This document shows positions 1 through 12,639 of a stretch of 56,566 bases of DNA, piece by piece (the stretch's first letter is position 1; every line of letters starts with the position of its first letter). Position numbers and translations under genes: made by a program. Source of the DNA: Proteromonas lacertae (lineage: Eukaryota); assembly GCA_002245135.1 (NCBI GenBank), contig NGBS01000874.1, forward strand, positions 310,001 to 366,566, written 5' to 3'. The notes below the pieces were generated by a model. That model saw only the letters and a program-made list of their open reading frames with translations. It made no database searches and was not told the DNA's origin.

Positions 1-1110
1 TGTTGGTGATACTCCACTCAAACTATTCGTATTTCAACATCTGTCTTTACATATGGAGCCAAAACCAGGAAATGATTCTAATTCTTCTGAAGACATACCA
101 TGATAATCTTTTGTAGTTTTATATTTACCATTTACTCATCATCTAAATCTCCTTATGTAATTAATTTTATTTGCTTTTGTCTTCCTGATATTTGATCTAA
201 ATTTATTGTCATTGTACATGTATATACATCATTTCCTCAGTTTTATTATCACATTTTAATTCAGTTTTATCATCCTATAATGGCAATTACACCAACTGGT
301 AATCTTAACAATGCTTCTTTCCATCCTAACATAACAGTTTCTTTAGTAATTGAATTATCACCTTTACTTTGTTTAATTACACAAAATGCATCACTATACC
401 AAACTCTACCAAAATAATCTGTATATTCTAAATAAGCCATACATGGTTCTTTATCCTTACCATCTTTACTATATGAAAATTCTATTGTCTGTGGTGGATC
501 TGATGGAGCTTCACAATCTGATGTTCTAACAAATCCAGTAGGACATTTTCCTATTAATGATTATAAATACAATAAATATTCAATACTTTCACTACAATCA
601 ATACCTGTATATTCTTTATCACATACACAAGCAGTTGCTTGAGATTCTGTAATTTCGTTGTTTGTATAGGAAGTTTCATTAAGAGAAGCTTTGATATTAA
701 GTGAATCATATTGTACACCTAAATATTCTATTGGATAACAATAACCATGACCACTACAATCGTTTGGACATTTCATTCTTTGACAAGCATTGCCATTATA
801 TCCAAGATAACATTCACATAAACCTGTCTGACGATTGCAAGATCCTTGACCACTGCATTCTAAATAGAATGTTACATCATCACCTTCATTCACTTGTTCT
901 GCTCCTGCCACTGAGAAAGATTCTCCATAAGGACATGTACCTATAATAAATATTTCTAAAGATTGATATACGTAGGGAACAGTCGCCTTGCATCCATCCA
1001 GGATAACAAACACACGAGCCAGTCTCGCATGTACCATGCCCACTACATAGATTTGGACAAGAGAGAGATATAACCTTATAAATGCATATTAGTAGCAAAA
1101 AAACCTTCAT
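1..1110 (-). CDS. Secreted tenascin/EGF-like repeat protein (3' part indel-damaged, may run off the window)
   Basis: Signal peptide [20 protein letters not shown]_2-like repeats [54 protein letters not shown] introns at 941-971 and 551-586 join the ORFs in frame. The frame breaks down below ~270. Confidence 0.85.
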
Positions 1111-1208
1111 AGTAAAACAACGTAAAGAGTTGTGTAATTTACATTGTGACTGTATTTTTAATTTGAAAATAGATTCGTTTCTATTTTTTTCATTTCTTTT
1201 TATATTAA

Positions 1209-1814
1209 ATGGATGATGGTTATAATTATCTACCGTGGTATCATAGAGCTTTTGATGAGGGATTCTTCAGATTGAAATCTTTTATTGATAAATCAGAAGA
1301 AAGTCCTTGGAGGAAAGCAATTTTATCAGGAATTTTTGGTATAATATGTAATTATTATGATTGTAGGAAGTTTTGCTGGTGTTGGAATGGGTTTATTCTT
1401 TGGAACTTTCGAAGGAGCTCATGGCGATATTATAGGCAGTACAAGTTATGAGAGAATAAAATATGCATCTAAAAGATTGTTAAAAATATGTTGGAGAATG
1501 AGTTATCGATACGCTTATGTATTAATTCAAAATATCATATTAAATAGAATTTTGGTATAGCTGGTGGAGCATTTGCATATGTAGATTGTAAATTAGCAAT
1601 GGCAAGAGGAATAGATGATTATCTAAACACATATGCTGCTGGAGCAATATCTGGAGCATTTTTTGGTATTATACCAAAATTACATCGTATAAATACGCTT
1701 GGATTAGCTGCTATTCTTAGAAGTGGTTTATATGGTAGTTTTGGGTTTGCTTTTACTGCTATGGCATTTACTTTTGGAATGGAATATTTACATGAAAGTA
1801 AATTGAAGAAATGA
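1209..1814 (+). CDS. Tim17/Tim22/Tim23 family mitochondrial inner-membrane translocase subunit (Tim22-like)
   Basis: Three exons joined by ~29-nt introns (~1339-1367, ~1520-1548). Gly-rich TM segments [23 protein letters not shown], and [21 protein letters not shown], which is typical of the Tim17 family. Confidence 0.8.
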
Positions 1815-2424
1815 TGTTAGTGAGTTTTATTTTATCTATTTATTTGATTATGTCGTTATAATGTTATGGTTTTTTATATATTTGGAAGTATTTTGCATAA
1901 TTCTAATAATATGTGGTTAACTTCAATTATTACATCATCTACGCAAGTAAAGAAGTTCAACTCTTATTATAAAATCATTAATTTTATGGAAATCCTATAA
2001 AAATGTAAGAGGATATCCTAAACAATATTTCTTTTCCTTTTTATTTTCCAATCATAATTAACATTGAAACAAATTGAAAAAACACAAATGTAAATAGATT
2101 AAATACTCACTTTATAAATCATTAACAATCCTATCTAATTTTCTGAAAAAATATGTATAAATGATATGTAATGAGTTCGACAGAGGTTTGTAATAATGAC
2201 AGGACATAGCAAGATTGTTTGTGTAATTTAAACAGGAAATTTGATTAATTAACCCAAAAGTAAGTAATTCCTTTGTCAAACTGAGCTATATACAAATATC
2301 ATGTTACTAATTGGTAAATTGAAATGCTTTTCAGGAGTACGGAACATTTTATATTTAATTTCTCTATTTTTTATCAATACTTCCATCACTATAATTATCA
2401 TCATCAACATCTTCTACATAACTC

Positions 2425-4814
2425 CTATTTTTGATGTAATTCTTCCTTTTTATTTGGTTTGAGCAATTCATTATCCTTTGATTCTGATTCTATTGTTAAT
2501 AGAGTTGGAGTTATTGTAGCAATTGTACTACCTTCATTAAAACTTTCAATAACATCATCATCATAATCATCATCATAATCATCTCCATCAATTGCTTCAA
2601 ATGCATAGGATCTTTCTTTTTTACATTTTTCACAAATATCATTCTGATTCTTATTCTTGTGATGGACAATGAATACAAGACCAACTGTTAATACTACTAT
2701 TATTATTAATAGCATGTTCTTGTATTAATAGTTCTTCACGTGGAATTGCTGTATTACATTTCATGCAAATATCAACTGTACTATCATTTTTCATCCCACA
2801 ACTTGGACAAATCCAATTCATTATCATATCTTCAGGTATTGACAGTGGATTTGAAGATTGTGGTGTTATTTGTGGTGGTGGTGGAGGAGGAGGAGGAACA
2901 CAGATTAATGGTACTTCAGCATTAGACAATGAAAATTTCTTTTCAATTTTTCCATTAATATTAACATAACTGTTTGGATTATCACTATGACAAACATTGC
3001 ATTCATCTTGTAACAAATCATTCTTATTTCCACAAAATGGACAATACCATGGTTTCAATGTACCATCTTCTTTATTCACATTTTGTTCAAGTAATTGATG
3101 TGGATATGGAATTATATTATCATTGTCACTACTGTTATAAACACTGCTTTTATTATCACATATTTGCTGGAAATGGTTATAATCACCATTAGCATCACTT
3201 ATTTCTTCTACCTCGTCTTCAATATCAGAAGGTGTTTGTCTTGTATAATATATACGTTTTGGTTGTGGTTGTGATTTCTTACTATTCCTTGATCTTTTGC
3301 TATTCTGTTTTGAGGATAATAATAGCTGTTGTTGTTCTTCTTCTTCTTCTTTTAATTGTCGTATTTGCATTTGTAGTTGTCGTATCATGAATTGTTCTTC
3401 TTGATGTTCTATCTCTAACAAATGTAGTTGATGTTCTAATCTCTGTATTCTTACTTGTTGTTCATATTTATTAATGAAAGGATTGAAAAAATTACAATTA
3501 TTAAATTTACATTCTATTAAACCTGCTTCATTCTTATTTCCACAAGAAGGACAATACCATTCAACAATATAAGGATTTATTTCAATTAACCTTCTTCGTT
3601 TAGTTAAATTATGATTTGAAGAAGATGTAGGAAATGATGATGTAGAAGTTGCAGTTGATGATTGAAACAAATGTAAAAGTGGATCAGATGATGAATCAGA
3701 AGGATTACTGTTATTATTACCGTCATTTGGTACTGGTATTTCAATATTACCAATCATTTTATTATATACATTTGGTGGTAAATGTGAATACTTTCCTGTT
3801 GAATTAATATAAATACCATTAAAATTCTTGATTTTAAAAATATGATATGGATTTAATGCATAACATTGTAATTTTTGATGTCTTTTAGCTTCTTCTACTA
3901 ATACTTGTACTACATCTGATGTTTTTGCAGGTATTAAGACATTCTCATATGGTGATACGTCAACTTTTTTTATAAAGTCTTCTGGTCGAATTAACGATGC
4001 TGATAGAATCTTTGTTTCTGTAGAAGATCTATTTCTTGATAGTGGTGGTATAAATGATGATGATGATGGTTTTATTTTATTTTGCATTTCTAACATTTCT
4101 TGAGTTATTTCTAATTTCAAATTTAAAGATTTATTATCTGTTCCTGCTATTTTTGTATTTTCATATACTTTTGGGTTTTTTAATATTTCTTCCATTGTTT
4201 GATCTATATTAAGTATTCTGCCTTTGTCGCTTAATTCTCTTATTAACTTATTGTATCTATTCTTAATATCTAATTCTGAACGATTTGGTAATTGCGATTT
4301 AATCTTTGTCCACCTACTACCGTATATTTTTGAACTTTCTAGAATCTTCTTGTCTTCTTCTGCTGTCCACCTTCCTTTTACTATGTTTGGAGCTAATTGA
4401 TTGATATAATGATCTCGGCACTGCTTACTATTTCTTCCTATGGTTATATCAAATAAAATAAATGCTATGATACCCGGTAGTAGTGATGCCACAATGCTCC
4501 ACTTACCATCTCCGAACATCTTCACATATTCTCTCAACTTTATATTTTCTTGCTCTGTCCAACTAGCCTATAATTAAAAATAAATGATTTATTATCATAC
4601 AATTTTGGGTTCTTGAAGTTCTTTATATCTTTGAATATACTCTAGCTGTGTATGTTTATTCCCTAAGATTTTACATGATTTATCAAAATTTGCTTTATAA
4701 TCATAAACATATCGGAGTAGATTCTAAAAAACATCTAAAGAAAGTATATACGAAATCCTCCTCTTGAGTAAATGGTAATTCATTTTGTTCAACTGGGAGA
4801 GAATCTTTTATCAT
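2425..4814 (-). CDS. Multi-repeat Myb protein with four RanBP2-type zinc fingers
   Basis: Myb repeats WTEQENIKL..FGDGKWSIVA..RNSKQCRDHY and GRWTAEEDKKIL..GSRWTKI..RSELDIKNRY, plus a degenerate upstream repeat. W-x-C-x2-C-x3-N-x6-C-x2/4-C fingers; the fourth is split by a 1-nt insertion near 2665. Confidence 0.8.
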
Positions 4815-4951
4815 TTAAACTAAAAACCTTTTGTTTACTTTTTAAATACAATTTATATTCAAACTCTGATCAAGCTTACTTCATTCTAGTATTTACACCA
4901 AAAACTCCTCAAGGCAACATTTAGTAATTCAATAAATATTAAACGAATATA

Positions 4952-6263
4952 TTATTTACTTTTCTTTGTTTGACACTCTCTATTTCTTTTCTTTCTTACA
5001 TCACATTTTGCTTCTAACTTCCTATGATTGTATATCATCACTACTAACAGTGTGAAAATAAGCAATGACGCAATACCAACAATTGTATATGTCAACCAAT
5101 CAGGGAATGTTTTGTTTTCTATTAAATACAATAACTATAAGTATATTATGTATATATACTCCAATCCAGTTCAACAACCCCATATCCTCCGTTATATGAG
5201 AAATTATACTTTCCATCATATTCCATAATAACATTAAAAGAATAAACATCATCAAATTTTAAATCAGGAATTAAATAACTAACCTTTTTATCATCATCAT
5301 CATTCTTATCGTTATTATTACTGTAAGTATTTTCATCGTTTATTTCTATAGACTTATTGACTTTCTCATTATTTTCGCTATTCACAGTATTATTTAAATC
5401 AACTTCGTATATTCTTACATCACTTTTTGTAATTTCTGGATTCTGTTGGATATAAGTAATTCCACAATAACTATTAATGTTACATTCTATTTCATTACTT
5501 CCACAATAGATTTTCTTGCTATTTGAATGTCTTACACTGACAATATAGAATTTGATTCTATTAGTATCGTTTAGTTTATTACGATAAAACTGAATTAATT
5601 GATTTTGTGGAGTGTCTTTAGCTGGAACATAATCATCTTGATTTTTGGTTGAATTTATCATTATTTCACCATTATTACCTAAATCAATATCACCTTTATC
5701 ATCTATATATATAAATATAAAATATAAAATAAATGATAATAATACGAATGATATATGTTATTAAAAAATGAGAATTTTCTTCACCATTCACAGCTAGGAA
5801 ATACTGACCAAAATCTAAGCTTAAAGTAATTTTCAAATCTCCACCATTTGTACCATTAACTGTCCAATTCTCATACTGATTATATTGAGATGTTAATGGG
5901 AAATAAACAGGCGGTGCTATTGACAAATTGATTCTTCCTGTACATGCACTTGCGATAAAGGTAATATTCTTACGAGGTTCATCAAGGTATCTGCCTTCTG
6001 ATTTACTTAATGTCCAATGAAAATAATATGTACTTTTTTCATGAATTGAATATGTTTGATTACCTAGCAATGTTCTAGTAATACTTCGATTGGAATTCAT
6101 CTAATACTTCACATGGGATCACTTTGTTGCCTTTTATATCAGTACAGGGCTTAATTTGTGTTAAGTATTCACCACAGGCAATTCCATCGAACAACAAAAT
6201 AAATATCTACGAAATATTTATTATATATATTAATACTAACAGTAAACTTAAGTTGTACTTCAT
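4952..6263 (-). CDS. Predicted type I membrane protein of unknown function
   Basis: Multi-exon gene combining ORFs 5699-6100 and 5146-5661 with flanking exons. The last exon encodes the hydrophobic WLTYTIVGIASLLIFTLLVVMIY followed by a basic tail, with TAA at 4952-4954. Confidence 0.6.
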
Positions 6264-6459
6264 AAATCGGTTTTTAAAAATATGAATAAATCAAACCTCT
6301 CCAAGCTTTTTTCAAAATATTATGAAATTTCTTTTTTCCATCCTTGAAATTTAATATCAAATTATATACTGAAAGAAACAAATGAAATACAACATATACA
6401 AACATTTATAACTACTTCTTAAAAAAATAGCCAAATCACTTACAGTATTGATAAACAAG

Positions 6460-6853
6460 TTATTTCCCAGGTTTAATACTCCATTGAGTTGTATCTTCAG
6501 TTACAACATTTGGTCTTGATAATTGAGGTGGTTTGAATAATTTCAAAGTAGTTTTAGCTTGTTTTCTTGTTACACTGTTAATATTAGGTGATCTAGATCT
6601 TTTAATAGAATTTGAATTATCATTGGCTTGAATATCTGTATTTTTATTATCATCGAGTAAAGCAATTGCTGATGGTAATTTTATTTTATTTTCTGCAATT
6701 TATTTAATTAAATATACTTTTAATTTCACTTTCTGGCTTTGTGTTCTTATCTTCTGATTTTGTTTCTATTTCTTCCTTTTTATTATCTCTAATGTAATAA
6801 AATAAGTACTTATACTCACTATCATCACTTCCATATCCTGATAGTAGCTCCAT
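6460..6853 (-). CDS. Small hypothetical protein (three exons)
   Basis: Reads MELLSGYGSDDSE / DNKKEEIE.. / ENKIKLPSAIALL..FKPPQLSRPNVVTEDTTQWSIKPGK* after removing two short GT-AG introns. Absent from the ORF track. Confidence 0.6.
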
Positions 6854-6916
6854 TGAGAAATATAACACTTTAAAGACTCAAACTTGTTTGATTCAGAATA
6901 ATTTAATTTTTTAAAA

Positions 6917-8233
6917 ATGAATAGCTTAGACAGTTTAGATGAAGAACAAACAATGGAAATACAAAGTTGGATTATAGAGTATTTAGTTTATATGGAGAAA
7001 TTCAATGACTATTACTGTATTTTATAATTTTTATTTTTTAGCGTTTATAAAAGAAAATAAACATCTGAAAATACCTCAAAGCATAAGATTGTTTATTAAA
7101 TATTATGAAATGGTATAGAATAGTATGTTTTTATAACATTTATAGACAAACAAACTATCATCTATATCCACCTATTTCTTAATATTTTTAATGGATGAAA
7201 TATACACATTAGTTGAACATACTAACAAGAGATCAGAATTTGTTCAGCTATATTGTAATTTCTATGTAGAAAATCTTTTGGATGAATTAAAGGAATATGT
7301 TAATAAATCAAATGCAATGCAATATAAAAAGTATCTCACAAAACTGAGGAATCTCTCTTATAACGAGATAATGAAAGATGATATTGGAAAGAAGATCTGT
7401 AACAACACAATTAAAAAATACGAAAAAATAATAACAACAGAAAAAACAAATGAAATAATTAATTTAGCAATAGATTATCATTATTATATTGGTATAATGA
7501 AAGAAAATAATTTAAATAATTCATTTATATCATTCACTAAATTGATGAAATCAATATGTTTTGCAAATCCTCCAGTTTTAATTCAGATTTATAATAATAA
7601 AGATGAAATATCAGAGATTATATCTAAGAATGAAAATAATATCAATAATGAAGAAGAAGAAGGAAATGAAGAAAATGAAAATGGGGAAGGAAAAGAAGGG
7701 GCGGAAGAAGAAGAAGAAGAAGAAACAGATGATGAAAGTGATAATGATATAAAATTAAAACCATATAGTCCATCAGCTATTCCCAATAAAAGACAATCAA
7801 TCTATAATCCAATTGAAGAAGATAAAATGAATATTAAAATACGAAAAATAAATCCAATCACTAAAGAACTACAAATTCAAAATTCAAATATTCGTAGATT
7901 AGATGAACCGCATGACAGTGCTGAAGAAGTGAAGTGGGATGATCAAAATACACCTCCTTTTGACAAAAACAATAAAAATAATAAATCAGTGTTTCGATCA
8001 TCAAGTAATAAAAACTAAAAAACCTGAAAATTGCAAAAGATAAGACTGTCTATCAGAATGGAAGAGTAAGATTTACTCAAAAAGAAGTTGATAATCTGTT
8101 GAATGGAGTGAAAAAGTTTGGAGTTGGAAAATGGAAAGAAATATTAGGTTGTTATGAATTTAATTCGAAGAGAACAGCTGTTGATTTGAAAGATAAATAT
8201 AGGAATATTCAAAAAATGAGATATAATAGATAA
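6917..8233 (+). CDS. Telomere-repeat-binding factor-like protein with C-terminal telobox Myb domain
   Basis: C-terminal RFTQKEVDNLLNGVKKFGVGKWKEIL..RTAVDLKDKYRNI matches the TRF1/2-type telobox. It joins ORF 7191-8018 in frame through a possible 35-nt intron at 8005-8039 (or a frameshift). Confidence 0.75.
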
Positions 8234-8379
8234 TTATTTGAGTATTTGATTATATTTGTTGTGATATATTGTGAAAATACATCTTTAATGCTTCTTTTAT
8301 TGTTAAAATCAATTCAAGCCTTTACTCAAACTTTTTAAGATAAAACGAATATATTTATTGCAATAAGAAATTCTCATCA

Positions 8380-9309
8380 ATGACAATCAAAGTTGTGATT
8401 ACTGGTGCTTCTGGACTTTTAGGTCGTGCTGTATACTCTGTATTTAAGAAGGATCCAAGTATTGAAGTATTATTTTTTGTATTTAACGTGTAGGTTATTG
8501 GTTTGGCGTATTCACGTGTTTCTGGTGATTTAGTGAAACTAGATCTTACTGATAAAGAAGCAGTTAAGGAATTTATGATGAAAGAAAAACCAAATTATTT
8601 ATTTCACTGTGCAGCAGAAAGACATCCTGATATAGTAAATAACCAAGAAGATGTATGTAGAAAAATCAATGTAGAATGTGTGGAAACATTAGCAAAACTT
8701 TCACACGAATTAAACTGTTTTATGTTATATGTAAGTACTGATTATGTATTTGATGGTACAAATCCACCATACAAAACAACAGATAAAAGAAACCCTTTGA
8801 ATAAATATGGTAAAAGTAAAGCAGATGGTGAAGATGTGATGAATAAATATTGTAGTGAAGGTGCAATAGTTCGAGTAGGTGTATTGTATGGTATAAGTGA
8901 TGATTTAGAAGAATCTGCTTGTATTAGATATGCTAAGAATGTATTAGAAGGAAAAGAATGTTTAATTGATAATGTCCAGTTAAAGATTCCAACACTAGTT
9001 GATGATATTGGTGTATTTTTCTATAAATTAATGAAATTGAGAGAAGATAAGCATAAAGATATACATGGAATATATCACTTCTCAGCTGAAGAGAAATATA
9101 CTCATTATCAGATGTGTATGTTGTATGGTGAGATTTTAGGAGTTTCTACAGCTCATATAAAGCCTCAAAATGATCCTCCGCCAAAGACTGTAGTTAGACC
9201 TCAAGATAGTACACTTGATTTGACTCAAACGAAAGAATTAGGTATTTATTACACCATTAAGTTTAAAGATGGTTTGGTAGATGTATTAAAACCATGGAAG
9301 AAGGAGTAA
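8380..9309 (+). CDS. RmlD/MAT2B-like extended SDR (methionine adenosyltransferase II beta / dTDP-4-dehydrorhamnose reductase family)
   Basis: VVITGASGLLGRAV Rossmann motif, HCAAERHPD, YVSTDYVFDG, NPLNKYGKSK (YxxxK). One short intron at ~8468-8493. Confidence 0.85.
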
Positions 9310-9474
9310 TATAGATTTTATTTGATTTGCATTATATCTTTTTTTTAATCTTACATATTTGGTTTCATGGTTGTTTAATTAATCCATACATATAGTGAAT
9401 ATGGTAAAAAAATACATAAATTAATTAGTGTAAAAACAAGAATTTTTAGTAAAACGGTAAGTGTAAATTTAGTT

Positions 9475-11033
9475 ATGGGTAATTCAAGTGCAAAGTTAAA
9501 ATGCCTTCCAGCTGGTTATTACGTATATAATTAATAGATTTATAAGCTATAGAACCCTGTAAAACTAGAGGATGATGATTATTATGAAAAGTATGAAGTT
9601 ACAAACAATGAAAGTGGGAGAGAGGAAATTTTAGAAGCTTTTCATTGTCAGAGTCCATTAATGGGTTATTTGACCAAATATTTTAGCTCCTTGGATGCTG
9701 TAAAGACATCAAGATGCAAACATTTAGTTCAATATAGCTATTATGGTGTATTGAAGAAATATGTAGTGATTATACGACCAAAATTTAAAGAAAGATTAGC
9801 AGATAGGATATCACAATTATCAGAAAAAGAAAGAATTATAGAATATCAAAGGATATGTGAATGTTTAAATGAATTGCATAAGTTAACAACACAACCAAAC
9901 TCTCCACATAATGTTCAATGTATAGAAGAGAAGAATAATGCAGATATAACAAGTGGAAGTTTGTCACTATCAGATTTCTATATATCTACAGATATTAATA
10001 ATAATGAGATAGTGGTAATGGATAATTATTCAAAATATTTACTTTATAAAGCTGTTCAACTACCTTTTCCAATTAATGATGAAAATGTTAATACATTAAG
10101 TAAAAATTTCATCAATAAAATTGATGATAGATGTTTTAATATTGAAAATAGTATTACTAAAAATGATGATATTTGGAGTGTTGGTTGTATTTTATTTAAA
10201 TTATTGAAGAATATATACCCATTTCAAGGATTTAATGATAATAATAATATGAACGAAATAAAAGATAATATTAGACATTTTAGAATTGCAGATTATAGTA
10301 ATTTAGATGACAAGTATAAGAATATAATAAATAAAACAATAACTGTTGATTCTAAAGATGTAATGAAGACAGAATGTATTGTTAATGCTATTGACAATAT
10401 CATAAAGAATTTCGATGGAAGTAAAGTTGTTGTACATCATCATCATCATCATCATCGCCCTCCTCCTCCTCCTCCTTCAATACCAGAAGTAATTTATTTA
10501 CCAACTTCAAAAGATGAAGAAAAGTTTGAAGAAGTATTAATGAAAAGTGTACAAACTCACACAATTAATTTTTATGGTAATAGATATGGTGATAAAAAAA
10601 ATCAAACATATTGTTGACTATTTTTGTAAAAGATTAAGAAATAAAGATTTATACCAAGTGAAAGATGATGTTATTAATAATGAAGAAATATATTGTCTGA
10701 ATTTAGAAGGAAATATAATAACACATGAAGGGAATGAAAAGTTTAGTAACAATTTTCCAATATATGCCAAATTTAACTAAGTTATATCTGAATAGCAACA
10801 ATTTTGGAAATAAAGGAGTAGAAATATTAGCTGACAATCTTAAATATTTATTTTGCTTAAAAATACTTGATATATCTCACAATAAAATAAAAGATGAAGG
10901 ATTATATTATTTAAGTGATAGATGCAAAAGAGGATTAACCGTATTTTTAAATCAAAACAAATATACCAATTATGATAGAATAAGAAAAATGTTTAATAAC
11001 AAACACATAAATACTGGTGATTCAAGATGTTGA
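9475..11033 (+). CDS. Degenerate kinase-like domain plus C-terminal LRRs (pseudokinase-LRR), frameshifted
   Basis: MGNSSAK N-terminus (myristoylation-like). Kinase C-lobe DIWSVGCILFKLL..YPF. His/Pro linker. RI-like LRRs LNLEGN, LTKLYLNSNNFGNKG, LDISHNKIKDEG spread across three frames. Confidence 0.7.
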
Positions 11034-11343
11034 GAACTATCTTGATATATTTATTTTTATCTGCATATATATGTTTTTTAGTATTTCTATAATTGTTGTT
11101 TTGTTGCATTCTATTCTCATTTGAAAAATGTAAATCAACAACAAAACCATTTCTTTCTTACTGAACTGCAGAAAATACTGTACAGCATACTCCTAATGCA
11201 AAATAGCTTACCATACTAAACGAAAATGCAAATAATTTCATTTTTAATAATTTTTGAAACGGTTACTTTTTAAAATTCCAATTCAAATCGTTTTTTAATC
11301 TTTTATTTCTTGTTTGATAGAAGCTATATTAGTTATATGAATC

Positions 11344-12442
11344 ATGAAAAAGCATGACGCATTAAATATTACTGTATCATCAGCATCATCTCCTCCTTCT
11401 GGCAGAGGATTGACAAAGAATCTGTATTTTATATATTCTATTATCACAGTGATATACAATCTGCAATGCATTCTAAAGAAATACAGTATATTATTTATTT
11501 TTTATTATTCTAGATCATTATCAAATTCTGTATGAAATATGAATTTATCTTCACTAGAATGATTTACTTCCGCATGTAAAAAGCCCACGAATAATGACAA
11601 TATACCAACTAAGACAAAAACGTCATATGAGTGAACCATTTGTATTTTTCACATTCTATTTACTTTTATAGTTCAAATCACCTGCTTTTTATTATCCAAT
11701 AACACAAAATGAACACAAACCTATAAAATCAACTAGTTCAGACTGTTGGGTATGTAAATGCGAACAATTAAACAGTAACTTCTCATCAAAATGTACAAAT
11801 TGTGGCTATCGTAAATCTTTACTAGAGCACAATGCGAATAACATTCTTCCTCCTCTTTCTCCAACATTATCTTCGTCTATCTCTTCAGATACATTTAAAG
11901 TGAAAGAAAATAATGAAAATCTGTCAATTGAATCAACATCAAATACAATAAAGACAAATGAGTATAATAAAAATAATGACTATTCAGAATCAGATTCTAC
12001 TTCAGATTCGGATGATATTTTATGTGAATTAAATGACATAGGAGTAGAAGAATTCAATAAATATAGATCCAAATCACTTCCTGCATATTCACTAGAATTT
12101 CCTGATAGATTTATTAGAACATTTGGCGGAATTAAAAAACAAGAAGATAAGCCAATCAAATTGAAAATATCTTTGCAACCGCCTAAAGCAGTTGAAAAAC
12201 ATGATTCGATAGTAGTTGGTGTTTTTAAAGAAAATATGTCCTTTTATAGTAAGAAATCTAGTATGAATGATTCAATTAAGTCAAATATTAATTCATTTGC
12301 TTCTATTACTCCTCCTCTATTGATTAATTCTACACATAAATCTTCAGTGAATATGGCAAAGCCACTACCTCCAGCTCCAGTATTTAATGAGTCATTGAGC
12401 TGTCCATTGAAATTGAAAGTTAATAATGTTGCTACTCTTTAG
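11344..12442 (+). CDS. Hypothetical protein with a RanBP2-type zinc finger
   Basis: WVCKCEQLNSNFSSKCTNC at ~11747-11803 is in frame with ORF 11900-12442. Short upstream exons from ATG 11344 are separated by GT-AG introns, and their exact structure is uncertain. Confidence 0.55.
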
Positions 12443-12639
12443 TTATAATAGATAATCCGTATTTTTAGTGTATTATATATTATAAGCACAGTAATTATTG
12501 TTATTTACACATATATATAGATATATATACTTAAACTTTATTTAAATATATTAGATATTATAATGTGTTTGTTTGTTTAAAACCTCTCTCAAAAACAAAT
12601 GATTAAGAATAATCATCAACATAATAATAGAAATAGTAT

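Noticed and set aside
2170..2190. GAGTTCGA B-box-like motif suggesting a tRNA
   Set aside because: No cloverleaf stems or A box around it.
11050..11241. Possible small minus-strand gene starting MKLFAFSFSMV
   Set aside because: It stops after 27 codons, with no convincing splice path or recognisable motif.
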